Source: Longimicrobiales bacterium
GTDB taxonomy: Bacteria > Gemmatimonadota > Gemmatimonadetes > Longimicrobiales > Gaopeijiaceae
DNA: 64,000 bases
Direction of reading: 5' to 3'
NCBI GenBank assembly: GCA_965202805.1
Contig: OZ241869.1
Coordinates: forward strand, 3,904,001 to 3,968,000
Part shown: one piece after another, positions 1 through 10,421 of the stretch
Numbering within the stretch: position 1 is the first letter of the stretch
Layout of the letters: each line of letters opens with the position of its first letter
The notes under the pieces: model-generated
What the model was told of the DNA's origin: nothing
Databases searched by the model: none
What the model saw: the letters and a program-made list of their open reading frames with translations, nothing else
Position numbers and translations under genes: made by a program

Positions 1-1
1 C

Positions 2-757
2 GAGATCCGCATCGCCGACCTGCTGCGCATGTCGAGCGGCCTCCGCTTCAGCAACTCGGGCGCCACACCCGAGCAGATGGCGGCGTCCTTCATCCCGGGG
101 CAGGTAGACCACCGCATGGGCTACGTGGCGCCCATCGACGCCTTCCAGTTCTCCATCAGCCGCGACGCCGAGTTCCCGCCCAACACCGTCGGCCGCTACC
201 GCAACTCCGACCCGTGGACGCTGGGCTACATCGTACAGCGCACGGTCGAAAACGAGTTGGGCGAGGAATATCTGAGCTGGCCGCAACGGGCCCTCTTCGA
301 CAAGATCGGCATCCGCCGCTTCATCATGGAGACCGATCCCTACGGCAACTTCCTGCTCACGGGCTACAACTACGGCACCGCCCGCAACTGGGCGCGGTTC
401 GGGATGCTCTACCTGAATCGGGGAATGTGGAACGGCGAACGGCTGCTCACCGAGGAGTTCGTGGACTTCGTGAGCTCCCCCGCGCCGGCCTGGCCCGAGC
501 CCTATTACGGCGGCCTCTTCTGGCTCAACACCGCGGACGAGGAGGGCAGGGGAGGGCGCATCCCGCAGCTTCCGCCGGATGCCTACAACCCGTCCGGAGC
601 CGGTCACCAGCGGACCTACATCGTCCCGTCGCGCGACCTCGTGATCGTCGTCCAGAGCCACCGCGCCGCGGCCGCCCACGCCCCCGACCGCACCGACCGC
701 GAGTACGAGGCGCTCGGAATGGTGGTGAAGGCCGTGGATCCGGAGTGGAGCTGGTAG
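2..757 (+). CDS. Serine hydrolase, beta-lactamase class C/AmpC-like family (5' end outside window)
   Basis: Frame open from window edge (EIRIADLLRMSSG = LLxMxSG motif), YxN motif (YRN), ARFGMLYLNRG-W, C-terminal GAGHQ; the SxxK motif would lie upstream of the window. Confidence 0.8.
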   Translation, partial: EIRIADLLRMSSGLRFSNSGATPEQMAASFIPGQVDHRMGYVAPIDAFQFSISRDAEFPPNTVGRYRNSDPWTLGYIVQRTVENELGEEYLSWPQRALFDKIGIRRFIMETDPYGNFLLTGYNYGTARNWARFGMLYLNRGMWNGERLLTEEFVDFVSSPAPAWPEPYYGGLFWLNTADEEGRGGRIPQLPPDAYNPSGAGHQRTYIVPSRDLVIVVQSHRAAAAHAPDRTDREYEALGMVVKAVDPEWSW

Positions 758-822
758 AGGCGGGGGGTCCGGGTGCCTGACCTCTGACTGAGACGCCCGA
801 GATCCATGGGCGGGGAATGACA

Positions 823-2028
823 ATGTCCTCACACTTCACAGCCCATCTCCGGGGTGCCGCCGTTCTCCTGCTGTGCGGCATCGTCGCATGCAGCCATGGC
901 GATTCGGGCACCCCCCTCGTCGTCCAGCGCGACAGCGCGGGCATCCAGATCGTCGAGGCGATGCGACCGCTCTGGGGCGATTCCAGCCTCTGGCACATCG
1001 ACGCGGAACCGCTTGTCGACGTCACGCTTACCGGCAGCGGCCCGGACCACGAGTTCTATCGAGTCCGCGGCATGAGGCAACGTCCGGACGGTTCTCTCAT
1101 GGTTGCCGATGGGAACTCGTTGGAAGTACGGCTGTTCTCCGAGACCGGCGAATTCCAGGGGTCCCTCGGTGGAAGCGGAGGCGGTCCCGGCGAATTCAGC
1201 GATCTGGACCGCATCGAGATGGCCGGCGACACCCTGTTGGCCCTTGGCGACGGACGCATCGCCGTATTTGCTCCCGACCTGACGGTGGTCCGGACCTTCA
1301 GCGTCGACCGCTTCATCCCCGGCCTGCTCTTCCCCACCGACCTGCATTACCTGGACGAGGGAGCGATCCTGCCGGAGTTATTTTCGCCGGTGTTGCCGGG
1401 AGATGGCTCCAGTGGGCTATTCTGGCGCCCGGTGCCTCTCCTGCTCTTCGATATGGAGGGGGAGCAGATCGACAGCATTGGCGAGACGCGGGGACACGAA
1501 CAATATGTGTCGGGCGAAGGCAGTTCCCGGACCGGCGGGCCGCTCTTCGCCAGGACATCTCATGTCGCGGCTCACGGACAACGCATCCTTCGAGGTTCAT
1601 CCGAGATGATGCAGGTGGAGGAATTGGACACGTCGGGGAATCTCGTGCGCATCCTGCGCATTCCCGACTATCCACTGGACCTCAGCGAAGCCCGGATCGC
1701 CGCAGAGCGGGATGCCGTGATCGAAGGGTTCGCGCCCATCGGCCAGCAACTTTTCGGGAACGCTCCCGCCTCCGACACCCGACCCGCCTACGCCGACATC
1801 CTCGTCGATCCTTCCGGGGCGATCTGGCTGGAACTTCACCGGGGAGAAAGCGAGCAGGACCAGCCGGAGGAATGGCTTGTGTTGGATGCCGATGGCATCT
1901 GGCTTGGGACAGTAGGGATCCCGGACCGCTTCAACGTGTCGGACATCACCATGAACACCGTGCTCGGCGTCTGGGAGGACGAACTGGATGTCGAGCATCC
2001 CCAGGTGCTGCGGCTGACGCGGAACTGA
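823..2028 (+). CDS. 6-bladed beta-propeller (NHL/DUF5128-like) lipoprotein, tandem copy 1
   Basis: Lipobox IVAC, RDSAGI motif, GGxGxGPGEF, VDPSGAIWL; GGGGA RBS before ATG 823; paralogous to the next four ORFs. Confidence 0.8.
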   Translation: MSSHFTAHLRGAAVLLLCGIVACSHGDSGTPLVVQRDSAGIQIVEAMRPLWGDSSLWHIDAEPLVDVTLTGSGPDHEFYRVRGMRQRPDGSLMVADGNSLEVRLFSETGEFQGSLGGSGGGPGEFSDLDRIEMAGDTLLALGDGRIAVFAPDLTVVRTFSVDRFIPGLLFPTDLHYLDEGAILPELFSPVLPGDGSSGLFWRPVPLLLFDMEGEQIDSIGETRGHEQYVSGEGSSRTGGPLFARTSHVAAHGQRILRGSSEMMQVEELDTSGNLVRILRIPDYPLDLSEARIAAERDAVIEGFAPIGQQLFGNAPASDTRPAYADILVDPSGAIWLELHRGESEQDQPEEWLVLDADGIWLGTVGIPDRFNVSDITMNTVLGVWEDELDVEHPQVLRLTRN

Positions 2029-2056
2029 GATGCCCGCATATCCTTGGAAGGGAACA

Positions 2057-3262
2057 ATGCCGACACATTTCACTGCTGATCCCCGCCGTGTCATCCTGCT
2101 CCTTCTGTGCGGCATCATCGCCTGCAGCGACAGTGATCCCGGCGCCCCCCTCGTCGTCCAGCGCGACAGCGCCGGCATCCAGATCGTCGAAGCCATGCGG
2201 CCGCTCTGGGGCGATTCGAGCCTCTGGAGCATCGATCCGGATCCGCTGGTGGACCTCACGCTCACCGGCAGCGGCCCCGCCCACGAGTTCTTTCGGTCCG
2301 GCAGCATGAAGCAGCGGCCGGACGGCTCCCTCATGATTGCCGACCGGGCCTCGCGGGAGGTGCGCGTGTTCTCCGCGAGCGGCGAGTTCCGTGGGTCCTT
2401 CGGCGGGAGGGGAGACGGGCCCGGGGAATTCACACGCCTGGGACGCCTGGAGAACGCCGGGGACACCCTGCTGGCCCTCGGCGGCGGACGGGTCGCCGTG
2501 GTTGCCTCGGACCTCACAGTGCTCGGGACATTCAACGTCGATCGCTTCACGATCGATCTGCACTATCTGGGTGGTGGCGCGATCCTGCCGGAGTCGAATC
2601 CACCGCCACTGCAGCAGGGGGTGGCCACCAGCGGGCTGACCCGACGTCCGGAACCTCTCCTTCTCTTCGATCTGGAGGGGACGCAGATCGACAGCATAGG
2701 GGAGACGCGCGGGAACGAGAGCTACGTGCACGCGCGCGACGACGAATACGGCGCCGCCGAACCTCTCTTCGGCAAGGAGGCTCATATCGATGTGCTGGGA
2801 GAGCGGCTCTTTCTCGGTTCGTCCGACATGATGCAGGTAGAGGAACTGGACAGGTTCGGGAGCCTCGTGCGCATCCTGCGGATTCCCGGCTATCCGTTGG
2901 AGTTGAGCGATGCCCTTGTCGCGGCCGAGCGGGCAGCCCGTCTCGAAGCAGTGCCGGAAGCCCTGCCCGCGTTCCTCCGGCGGATGGTCGAGGACTTTCC
3001 CACCCCGGCGACCCGACCCGCCTACGACAACATCCTCGTCGATCCTTCCGGAGCGCTCTGGCTCGAGCTCTACCGGGGAAACAGCGAGCAGGACCAGCCG
3101 GAGGAATGGCTGGTGCTGGATGCCGACGGGACCTGGCTCGGGAACGTTGGAATCCCGGACCGCTTTACCGTCACGGACATCACCATGGAGACAGTGCTCG
3201 GCGTCTGGAGGGACGAACTGGACGTAGAGCATCCGCAGGTGCTGCGACTGACTCGCAACTGA
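2057..3262 (+). CDS. 6-bladed beta-propeller lipoprotein, tandem copy 2
   Basis: Lipobox IIAC, same motifs, C-terminus [16 protein letters not shown] identical to copy 1. Confidence 0.8.
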   Translation: MPTHFTADPRRVILLLLCGIIACSDSDPGAPLVVQRDSAGIQIVEAMRPLWGDSSLWSIDPDPLVDLTLTGSGPAHEFFRSGSMKQRPDGSLMIADRASREVRVFSASGEFRGSFGGRGDGPGEFTRLGRLENAGDTLLALGGGRVAVVASDLTVLGTFNVDRFTIDLHYLGGGAILPESNPPPLQQGVATSGLTRRPEPLLLFDLEGTQIDSIGETRGNESYVHARDDEYGAAEPLFGKEAHIDVLGERLFLGSSDMMQVEELDRFGSLVRILRIPGYPLELSDALVAAERAARLEAVPEALPAFLRRMVEDFPTPATRPAYDNILVDPSGALWLELYRGNSEQDQPEEWLVLDADGTWLGNVGIPDRFTVTDITMETVLGVWRDELDVEHPQVLRLTRN

Positions 3263-3293
3263 GATGCCCCATATCCACGGACGAGGAATGATA

Positions 3294-4493
3294 ATGCCGT
3301 CACATTCGACCGCCGGTCTGCGGGGTGTCACCGTGCTGCTCCTTTGCGGCCTTGCCTCCTGCGTGAGCCAGGAGTCCGGCCCGCCCCTCGTCGTCCAGCG
3401 CGACAGCGCCGGCATCGAGATCATCGAAGCGACGCGGCCCCTCTGGGGCGATTCCAGCCTCTGGCACATCGACCCGGAGCCGCTCCTCGATCTCACTCTG
3501 TCGGGGACCGGCACGAATCACGAGTTCTATCGCGCTCGAAGCGTGAAGCAACGCCCGGATGGCTCTCTCGCGGTTGCCGATCGAGGCTCACAGGAAGTGC
3601 GGGTGTTCTCCGAAACCGGCGAGTTCCGGGGATCCTTCGGCGGTCCAGGAGAGGGCCCCGGCGAATTCGTCAACCTCTGGAGGATCGAGAGCGCCGGGGA
3701 CACCCTGCTGGCCCTCGACCGCAGACGCGTCACCGTAGTCGCCCCCGACCTGGCGCTGGTCCGGACCTTCGACCTCGCGGAAAGGGCGGGGTCCCTGCAC
3801 TACCTGGGAGGTGGCAGGATCCTGACGGTGTCGGCTTCACCCGGTCTGGCGGAGGCTCCCGCCACCGGACTCATTCGATCGGCGGAAATCCTCACGCTCG
3901 CAGACCTCGAGGGCGTGGAGAGCGACGACATCGGGGAAACGCCGGGATCGGAAAGCTACGTATCCGTCGGCGAGAACTACGCGTCCGGCGCGCCTCTCTT
4001 CGGAAAGACGTCTCATGTCGCCGTGCTGGGACAGCGGATCTTCCGAGGCTCGTCCGACGCGATGCAGGTGGAAGAGCTGGACATGACCGGGAGTCCGGTC
4101 CGCATCCTGCGCATTCCCGGCTATCCCCTGGACCTGAGCGATGCCCGGATCGCGGCCGAACGGGAGGCCCGTCTCGAAGAACTTCCTTCCGCCGCGCCCC
4201 CGTTCATCCGGCAGTTGGTCGAAGACTTGCCCGCTCCGGCGACCCGACCCGCATACGCAGACATGCTCGTCGACCCTTCAGGGACAATCTGGCTGGAGCT
4301 GCACAGAGGCGTTAGCGAACGGGACCGCCCGCAGGAATGGCTCATTCTGGATGCAGACGGCACTTGGCTCGGCACCGTCGACGTCCCGGACCGTTTCGTG
4401 GTGATGGAGGTCCGGATGGACATGATGCTCGGCGTGTGGCGCGACGAACTGGATGTCGAGCATCCTCAGGTGCTGCGACTCACGCGCAATTGA
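3294..4493 (+). CDS. 6-bladed beta-propeller lipoprotein, tandem copy 3
   Basis: Lipobox LASC, GAGGA RBS, GPGEGPGEF, same C-terminus. Confidence 0.8.
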   Translation: MPSHSTAGLRGVTVLLLCGLASCVSQESGPPLVVQRDSAGIEIIEATRPLWGDSSLWHIDPEPLLDLTLSGTGTNHEFYRARSVKQRPDGSLAVADRGSQEVRVFSETGEFRGSFGGPGEGPGEFVNLWRIESAGDTLLALDRRRVTVVAPDLALVRTFDLAERAGSLHYLGGGRILTVSASPGLAEAPATGLIRSAEILTLADLEGVESDDIGETPGSESYVSVGENYASGAPLFGKTSHVAVLGQRIFRGSSDAMQVEELDMTGSPVRILRIPGYPLDLSDARIAAEREARLEELPSAAPPFIRQLVEDLPAPATRPAYADMLVDPSGTIWLELHRGVSERDRPQEWLILDADGTWLGTVDVPDRFVVMEVRMDMMLGVWRDELDVEHPQVLRLTRN

Positions 4494-4524
4494 AATGCCG
4501 GATATCCACAGACGGGGAACGACA

Positions 4525-5745
4525 ATGGCGACACGCTCGACTGCCGATCCCCGTTGTGTCGTCATTCTCCTCCTGTGCGGCATGGCCGCCTGCAGCGACG
4601 CGGACTCCGGCCCGCCCCTGGTCGTCCAGCGGGATAGCGCCGGCATCCAGATCGTCGAGGCGTTGCGTCCGCTCTGGGGCGACTCCAGCATGTGGGCCAT
4701 CGATCCCGAGCCGCTCCTCGACCTGACAACGTCAGGTGACGCCCCCCAACATGAGTTCTTCCGGGTGCGCGGTGTCCAGCAGCATGCCGATGGCTCGATC
4801 GTGCTCGCCGACCGGCAAGCCCGGGAGATTCGGCGCTACTCGAGCGCGGGTGCGTTTCTGGGCGCTCTCGGCGGGCGCGGGCGGGGTCCGGGAGAGTTCC
4901 GCAACCTCCAGCGGGTGGAGATCGTTGCCGACTCGGCGTTCGCGCTCGACTTCGACGGACGGGTCACCGTAATCGGCCCCGACATGGAGCTGGCGCGGGT
5001 CTTCGATCTGCCTCACCAGGTTTCCGACATCCACTTTCTCGGCGCCGGCACGCTGCTCGCCGAGTCTTTCATGTGGGAAGGACTGGAGGAGGTCGCCAAC
5101 CAGCTGATACGCCCGTCCGTTGCCCTTGTCCTGTTCGATCTGGAGGGCGCCTGGATCGACAGTCTCGGCGTGAAGCCGGGAAGCGAGTCATACTCGTACA
5201 ATCTGGTGGAAGACCAGGGCGACGCACCGGCGCTGTTTCCCAGAGCCGGGCAGGTGAGCACGCTGGGATCACGAATCCTCTACGGGTCATCGGATCTCAT
5301 GCAGGTGGAGGAACTGGACCCCTCCGGGAAAGTTGTGCGCATCATGCGCATCCCCGGCTATCCTCTGGAGCTGACCGACGCACAGGTCGCGGCCGAACGG
5401 AATTCGCGTCTCGACATGGATCTTCCTCCCGGCATGACGCTGCCTCCGTTCATCCGGCGCATCGTCGAGGCGCTGCCGGCCCCGGCGACCCGGCCCGCGT
5501 ACGCGGAAATGCTCGTGGATCCATCGGGAGCGGTCTGGCTGGAGTTGTATCGGGGGGGCAGCGAGCAGGATCGGCCCCAAGAATGGCTGGTCCTGGACGC
5601 GGACGGAACCTGGCTCGGCACCGTTGAGGTCCCGGACGGCTTCCGGGTTACGGACGTGACCATGGAGGCCGTGTTGGGCGTGTGGCGCGACGAGGTGGAT
5701 GTCGAGCATCCCCAGGTGCTGCGGCTGAGGCGGGGCGGGATGTGA
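4525..5745 (+). CDS. 6-bladed beta-propeller lipoprotein, tandem copy 4
   Basis: Lipobox [22 protein letters not shown]-terminus. Confidence 0.8.
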   Translation: MATRSTADPRCVVILLLCGMAACSDADSGPPLVVQRDSAGIQIVEALRPLWGDSSMWAIDPEPLLDLTTSGDAPQHEFFRVRGVQQHADGSIVLADRQAREIRRYSSAGAFLGALGGRGRGPGEFRNLQRVEIVADSAFALDFDGRVTVIGPDMELARVFDLPHQVSDIHFLGAGTLLAESFMWEGLEEVANQLIRPSVALVLFDLEGAWIDSLGVKPGSESYSYNLVEDQGDAPALFPRAGQVSTLGSRILYGSSDLMQVEELDPSGKVVRIMRIPGYPLELTDAQVAAERNSRLDMDLPPGMTLPPFIRRIVEALPAPATRPAYAEMLVDPSGAVWLELYRGGSEQDRPQEWLVLDADGTWLGTVEVPDGFRVTDVTMEAVLGVWRDEVDVEHPQVLRLRRGGM

Positions 5746-7028
5746 GCCCCTGCCACGCAGGCTCACACACTGGAGGCCGCGGTAGCAGCCGGCAAGATCG
5801 CAGCCCATTCTTCATCCGCCTGGATTTGGTCTTGCCATGCATGACAGTGCTGCTCCTGTCCAGCATCGCTTCCTGCACCAAACAGGACTCCGGCCCACCC
5901 CCGATCGTCCAGCGGGACAGCGCCGGCATCGAGATCATCGCAGCGACGCGGCCGCTCTGGGGCGATTCCAGCCTTTGGAACATCGACCCGGAGCCACTCG
6001 TCGACCTCACGCTCTCAGGCAGCGGCCCGCCCCACGAGTTCTTCCGCGTCCGCGGCCTGCAGCAGAGGCGGGACGGCTCACTCGTGCTCGCCGACCGGGC
6101 GTCCCGGCAGATTCGCCTTTATTCGCACGAAGGGGAGTTTCTCGGCGCGCTCGGCGGGCCGGGCGGGGGGCCTGGGGAGTTCCGCAGTCTGGAGCGGGTG
6201 GAGACCGTTGCCGACACCGTGTTCGCGCTCGACTCCGACGGCAGGATTACAGTGGTGGGTCCCGATATGGAGCTGATCCGGACGTTCGATCTGCCCTACC
6301 ATATTGGCGACTTCCACTCACTGGGGGACGGTACTTTTCTCGCCGAATACTCCATGGATCCCGGGCCGGTGGAAATCGCGAACCGGATGATTCGTCCGCC
6401 CGTCGCGCTTGTCCGGTTCGACCTGGAGGGAGTGGAGATCGACAGCGTTGCAGAGAGACCGGGACGCGAGTACTACTCCTTCGCCTTTGAGGACTACGCC
6501 GAAAGCGGGCCGCCCCTGTTTGGAAGACGCTGGGGAGTCGCCACGCTCGGGCGACAGGTTTTCTACGGATCTTCGGATCTCGTGGAAGTCGAGGAATTGG
6601 ACCTGGCCGGAAACATCGCTCGCATCCTGCGCGTGCCGGGCTATGGCCTGGGCCTGACCGCCGCGGAGGTCGCTGCGGAACGCCAAGCCTATCTCGACGT
6701 CGACCTTCCTCCCGGCGTGACGCTTCACCCGCTTATCCGGCGGAGGATCGAGGCGCTGCCCACGCCCGCGACCCGACCCGCGTTCGTGCGGATTCGGGTG
6801 GGCCCGACTGGAGCGGTCTGGCTGGAGTTGTACCGCGGCATAAGCGAGATGGACCGCCCGCCGGAGTGGCTGGTGCTTGCGTCCGACGGGACCTGGCTCG
6901 GAACCATCGAGGTGCCGGACCGGTTCAGTGTAACCGACATCACCCTGGACGCCGTCCTCGGCGTCTGGCGCGACGAGTTGGACATCGAGCATCCCCAGGT
7001 GCTGCGGCTCAGGCGGAACGGGGGCTGA
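5742..7028 (+). CDS. 6-bladed beta-propeller lipoprotein, tandem copy 5 (start GTG 5742 or ATG 5841)
   Basis: GTGA overlap with copy 4 stop; lipobox IASC; same motifs. Confidence 0.75.
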   Translation: MSPCHAGSHTGGRGSSRQDRSPFFIRLDLVLPCMTVLLLSSIASCTKQDSGPPPIVQRDSAGIEIIAATRPLWGDSSLWNIDPEPLVDLTLSGSGPPHEFFRVRGLQQRRDGSLVLADRASRQIRLYSHEGEFLGALGGPGGGPGEFRSLERVETVADTVFALDSDGRITVVGPDMELIRTFDLPYHIGDFHSLGDGTFLAEYSMDPGPVEIANRMIRPPVALVRFDLEGVEIDSVAERPGREYYSFAFEDYAESGPPLFGRRWGVATLGRQVFYGSSDLVEVEELDLAGNIARILRVPGYGLGLTAAEVAAERQAYLDVDLPPGVTLHPLIRRRIEALPTPATRPAFVRIRVGPTGAVWLELYRGISEMDRPPEWLVLASDGTWLGTIEVPDRFSVTDITLDAVLGVWRDELDIEHPQVLRLRRNGG

Positions 7029-7089
7029 CGCAGCCGAACCCCGGTCCGCCCGCCTTGCCCGGTCCGTCGAGCAGCGGCATCCTGAGGGT

Positions 7090-9453
7090 GTGAATCCGCC
7101 ATCCCTTTCGCAGGCGAGATGCGTCGTGGCGCCATACCTGAGGCCTCTGCTTCTGGTGCCGGCGGTGGTCGTCACTGCCGCCGCGCGCCCTTGTGCGGCC
7201 GCTGGCCAGCAACCCGAGACAGCCGCAGTGCCGTCGTACACCCACGAGCAGGCGGAACTGGGCGAGGCCGTGTACCGGGACGCCTGCGCCGACTGCCACC
7301 TGGCGAACCTGCGGGGTGACTTCGAGGCCCCGGAACTGGCGGGCCGGAGCTTCCGCAGGGCCTGGGGCGAGGTGCCCATCGGCGAGCTGCTCGAGAACAT
7401 CCGCACCACCATGCCGGAAGAGGCTCCCGAGTCGCTGAGCGATGGGGACTACGCGGCGATCGTCGCCTACATCATCAGAGAGAACGGGGGCGTGCTGGGA
7501 GGGGTTGCCCTGACGGACGCGCCGGCCAGCGTTCCTGTGCCGTCACAGCCAGGGGATGCCTCGTCCGGTGCGGAGGACGCTGCGGAACAGGCTCTCGGCC
7601 AAAGCGCCGACCGCGGGGGGCAGGGCGCCGACCGGGGCGAGGGCGTCGGCCCGGCGGGGCAGTCGCCCATGGATGCGACCGCGTCCCAACAGGACATCTC
7701 CGCGCCCGAAGTCATCCCGCCCGTCCCCGGCCGTCCCGGCACCGGTCACTCGCCGCACGCCCTGACCGGGCCGCCGCCGGGCGGCGTCGGCGACGTCACC
7801 GAAACCCCGACCGGCACCACCCGCACCTGGCGCCCTGCCCGCGCCGCCCCCGCCTCCGACGCCGACCTGGCCGACCCCCCCGCGGCCGACTGGCTGCACT
7901 GGCGCGGCAACCCGGGTTCGTGGGGGTACAGCCCGCTCGACCAGGTCGACGCCTCCAACGTCCACCGCCTGCAGCTCGCCTGGACCTGGGGGATGGAAGA
8001 CGGACGCAGCCAGCAGGCGCCCCTGGTCCGCGACGGGGTTCTCTTCCTCAGCAATCCCGGCAACGTGGTCCAGGCGCTGGACGCGGCCGACGGCACCCCG
8101 CTGTGGGAATACCGCCGCCGCTTCGAGGGCGGCCCGCGCGGCCAGCTGCGCACCCTCGCCATATGGGAGGACATGGTCTTCGTGGCCACCGCCGACGCGC
8201 ACATGGTGGCGCTCGACGCCGCCACCGGGACCGTCCGCTGGGAGACCCGCATCGCCGACCCGGAGAAAGGCTACTCGAACAGCACCGGCCCCATCGTCGC
8301 TGACGGCCGGGTCATCAACGGGATCAACGGCTGCGGCCGCTTCTACGAGGAGAGCTGTTTCATCACCGCCCACGACGCGCGCACCGGCCGCGAACTCTGG
8401 CGCACGCATACGGTGGCCCGTCCCGGCGAGCCCGGGGGCGACACCTGGGGCGACCTGCCGTTCGGGTTGCGCGGCGGGGCCGACGTCTGGATGACCGGCA
8501 GTTGGGATCCGGAGCTCGGGCTGGTCTACTTCGGCACCGCTCAGGCAAAGCCGTGGGTGGCGGCGAGCCGGGGCCTCACCACGGCCGACTCCACCGCCTA
8601 CGCCAATTCCACCCTCGCCCTCCGCGTCGAGGACGGAAGCATCGCCTGGTACTACATCCACGTCCCCGGCGAGTCGCTGGACATGGACGAGGCGCTCGAG
8701 CGCGTGCTGCTGGATGTGAATGGCGAACCCACAGTGATCTCCATCGGCAAGCACGGCATCCTCTGGAAGCTGGACCGGCGCGACGGCGCGTTCCTGGGGC
8801 TTACGGAAACCGTCTATCAGAATATATTGGATGTCGACTATGTGACGGGCGCCGTCGAATATAGAGAGGATATTGCCAACGCCAAAGTCGGCGAGTGGCT
8901 CTCGGTCTGTCCCTCGACCGCCGGCGGCCACAACTGGCCCGCGAGCGGATACCATCCCGAGTCCGGCCTCCTGGTCACGCCGCTGAGCCAGAGCTGCATG
9001 GAGATCGCGGGACGGGAGACGATCCTCGAACCCGGTTCCGGCGGCAACCAGGGCGACCGCGCCTGGATGGAGATGCCCGGCACGGGCGGCAACTTCGGCA
9101 AGCTGGCCGCCTACGACGTGGCCACCCTCGACGAGGTGTGGAGCATTGAACAGCGCTCTCCGTTCCTGACCGCGGCGCTCACCACCGCGGGGGGCCTGGT
9201 CTTCGTCGGCGACTTCGACCGCTGGATCCGCGCCTACGACGTGCGCACCGGCGAGGTGCTATGGCGGAGCCGCCTGGGCACCTCGGTGATGGGATACCCG
9301 ATTTCCTACGAGGTCGACGGCGTGCAGTACGTCGCGGTGGCTACCGCGCGCGGCGGAGGCAGCCCGTGGCGCATCCCCACCTTCCTGACCCCGGAGCTGG
9401 TGAGCCCGGAAGGCCACAACGCCCTCTACGTCTTCAAGCTGAGCGAGCCCTGA
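7090..9453 (+). CDS. Quinohemoprotein: N-terminal cytochrome c plus PQQ-dependent (alcohol dehydrogenase-like) dehydrogenase, secreted; exact start uncertain
   Basis: Signal-like N-terminus, CADCH heme motif, Pro/Gly linker, YSPLDQV...L.LAW, repeated ALDAxxGxxxW PQQ propeller motifs, CPSxx[19 protein letters not shown]. Confidence 0.85.
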   Translation: MNPPSLSQARCVVAPYLRPLLLVPAVVVTAAARPCAAAGQQPETAAVPSYTHEQAELGEAVYRDACADCHLANLRGDFEAPELAGRSFRRAWGEVPIGELLENIRTTMPEEAPESLSDGDYAAIVAYIIRENGGVLGGVALTDAPASVPVPSQPGDASSGAEDAAEQALGQSADRGGQGADRGEGVGPAGQSPMDATASQQDISAPEVIPPVPGRPGTGHSPHALTGPPPGGVGDVTETPTGTTRTWRPARAAPASDADLADPPAADWLHWRGNPGSWGYSPLDQVDASNVHRLQLAWTWGMEDGRSQQAPLVRDGVLFLSNPGNVVQALDAADGTPLWEYRRRFEGGPRGQLRTLAIWEDMVFVATADAHMVALDAATGTVRWETRIADPEKGYSNSTGPIVADGRVINGINGCGRFYEESCFITAHDARTGRELWRTHTVARPGEPGGDTWGDLPFGLRGGADVWMTGSWDPELGLVYFGTAQAKPWVAASRGLTTADSTAYANSTLALRVEDGSIAWYYIHVPGESLDMDEALERVLLDVNGEPTVISIGKHGILWKLDRRDGAFLGLTETVYQNILDVDYVTGAVEYREDIANAKVGEWLSVCPSTAGGHNWPASGYHPESGLLVTPLSQSCMEIAGRETILEPGSGGNQGDRAWMEMPGTGGNFGKLAAYDVATLDEVWSIEQRSPFLTAALTTAGGLVFVGDFDRWIRAYDVRTGEVLWRSRLGTSVMGYPISYEVDGVQYVAVATARGGGSPWRIPTFLTPELVSPEGHNALYVFKLSEP

Positions 9454-9469
9454 GGAGGAGACCCGGCCG

Positions 9470-10363
9470 GTGATCGAACGAATTGCGGGGCTGGCCCTGG
9501 TGCTCACGGTGCCCGTCTGCCTCTCGCCGCCCCTCGAAGCCCAACTTCCGCGCGCTTCCCAGCAGCGCGTCGCGGCCCCGGGCGAGACCCAGTTCAACCT
9601 CGAGTTCCTGCGCCCCTCGGGTGGTCCGGTCATCCCCATCTTCGAGGGCTGGTACCGGATGCCGGACGGCTCCCATGCCCTCTCCTTCGGCTACTTCAAC
9701 GTGAACACCGAGGAGACCCTCGAGATTCCCCCGGGCCCGGACAACTTCATCGAGCCCGCGCTCCACGACGGCGTCCAGCCCACCCACTTTCTCCCGGTAC
9801 CGGAGGGCGACCGCCGCCACTGGGGGGTCTTCACCGTCAGGGTACCGGCCGATTTCGGCGACGGGGAGGTGATCTGGACCCTGCGCCACGACGGGCGCGC
9901 GTATTCGGTTCCGGGACGCATCAGGAGTCCGCACTACCAGATCAACGGCTGGATCTTTCCGGGAAGGGAGAGTTCCTCGCCGGTGCTGCGGCTGGAGAGG
10001 GATGGCCCCGGGGCCCAGGGTCCGGCCGGCATCTCGTCCGGTCCGGTTGGCGCCGCCGCCGGCGAACCCGTGCGCCTGGTGGCGTGGACCCACCGCGACG
10101 GCGCCTTCCCCGACGACGCCCGGCCCATCCTCCTCAAGTGGTTCAAGCACCGCGGCCCCGGCCACGTCACCTTCGGCACGCCGGAGGCCGAAGTCCCCCT
10201 TGAGGCCTGGAACGCCGAGGGGGGCGCGGCGGTGTCGACGGACGCGACCTTCAGCGAGCCGGGCAGCTACGTCGTGCGCGTACTTGCGTACAACCGTATC
10301 CCGGAGTTCGAATTCCAGTGTTGCTGGACCAACGGATATCTGCATGTGGAGGTGGGCCGATGA
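9470..10363 (+). CDS. Secreted hypothetical protein (beta-sandwich/PKD-like C-terminus)
   Basis: GAGGAG RBS, GTG start, signal peptide ending LEA-Q, PIFEGWY and FGYFN motifs, ATFSEPGSYVVRV, C-terminal CCW. Confidence 0.7.
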   Translation: MIERIAGLALVLTVPVCLSPPLEAQLPRASQQRVAAPGETQFNLEFLRPSGGPVIPIFEGWYRMPDGSHALSFGYFNVNTEETLEIPPGPDNFIEPALHDGVQPTHFLPVPEGDRRHWGVFTVRVPADFGDGEVIWTLRHDGRAYSVPGRIRSPHYQINGWIFPGRESSSPVLRLERDGPGAQGPAGISSGPVGAAAGEPVRLVAWTHRDGAFPDDARPILLKWFKHRGPGHVTFGTPEAEVPLEAWNAEGGAAVSTDATFSEPGSYVVRVLAYNRIPEFEFQCCWTNGYLHVEVGR

Positions 10364-10421
10364 GCCGTGACCCTCGCAGCGACCCGGCGCCCGGGCAGCC
10401 TCACCAACGGTTGGAGAGAGC

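Larger units (their letters stand above)
789..4527 (+). repeat. Conserved 34-37 bp stop-spacer-RBS-start element, 4 copies (789-825, 2026-2059, 3260-3296, 4491-4527)
   Basis: tgagacgcccgagatccatgggcggggaatgacaatg / tgagatgcccgcatatccttggaagggaacaatg / tgagatgccccatatccacggacgaggaatgataatg / tgaaatgccggatatccacagacggggaacgacaatg. Confidence 0.85.

Noticed and set aside
2..757. Beta-lactam resistance gene
   Set aside because: Only the generic serine-hydrolase fold is supported; the catalytic N-terminus is outside the window and the KTG motif is absent.
789..7028. Propeller array as a diversity-generating retroelement, shufflon or integron cassette array
   Set aside because: No reverse transcriptase, recombinase or integrase in the window; differences are not adenine-specific; all copies are co-oriented full genes; the spacers lack attC-like inverted structure.
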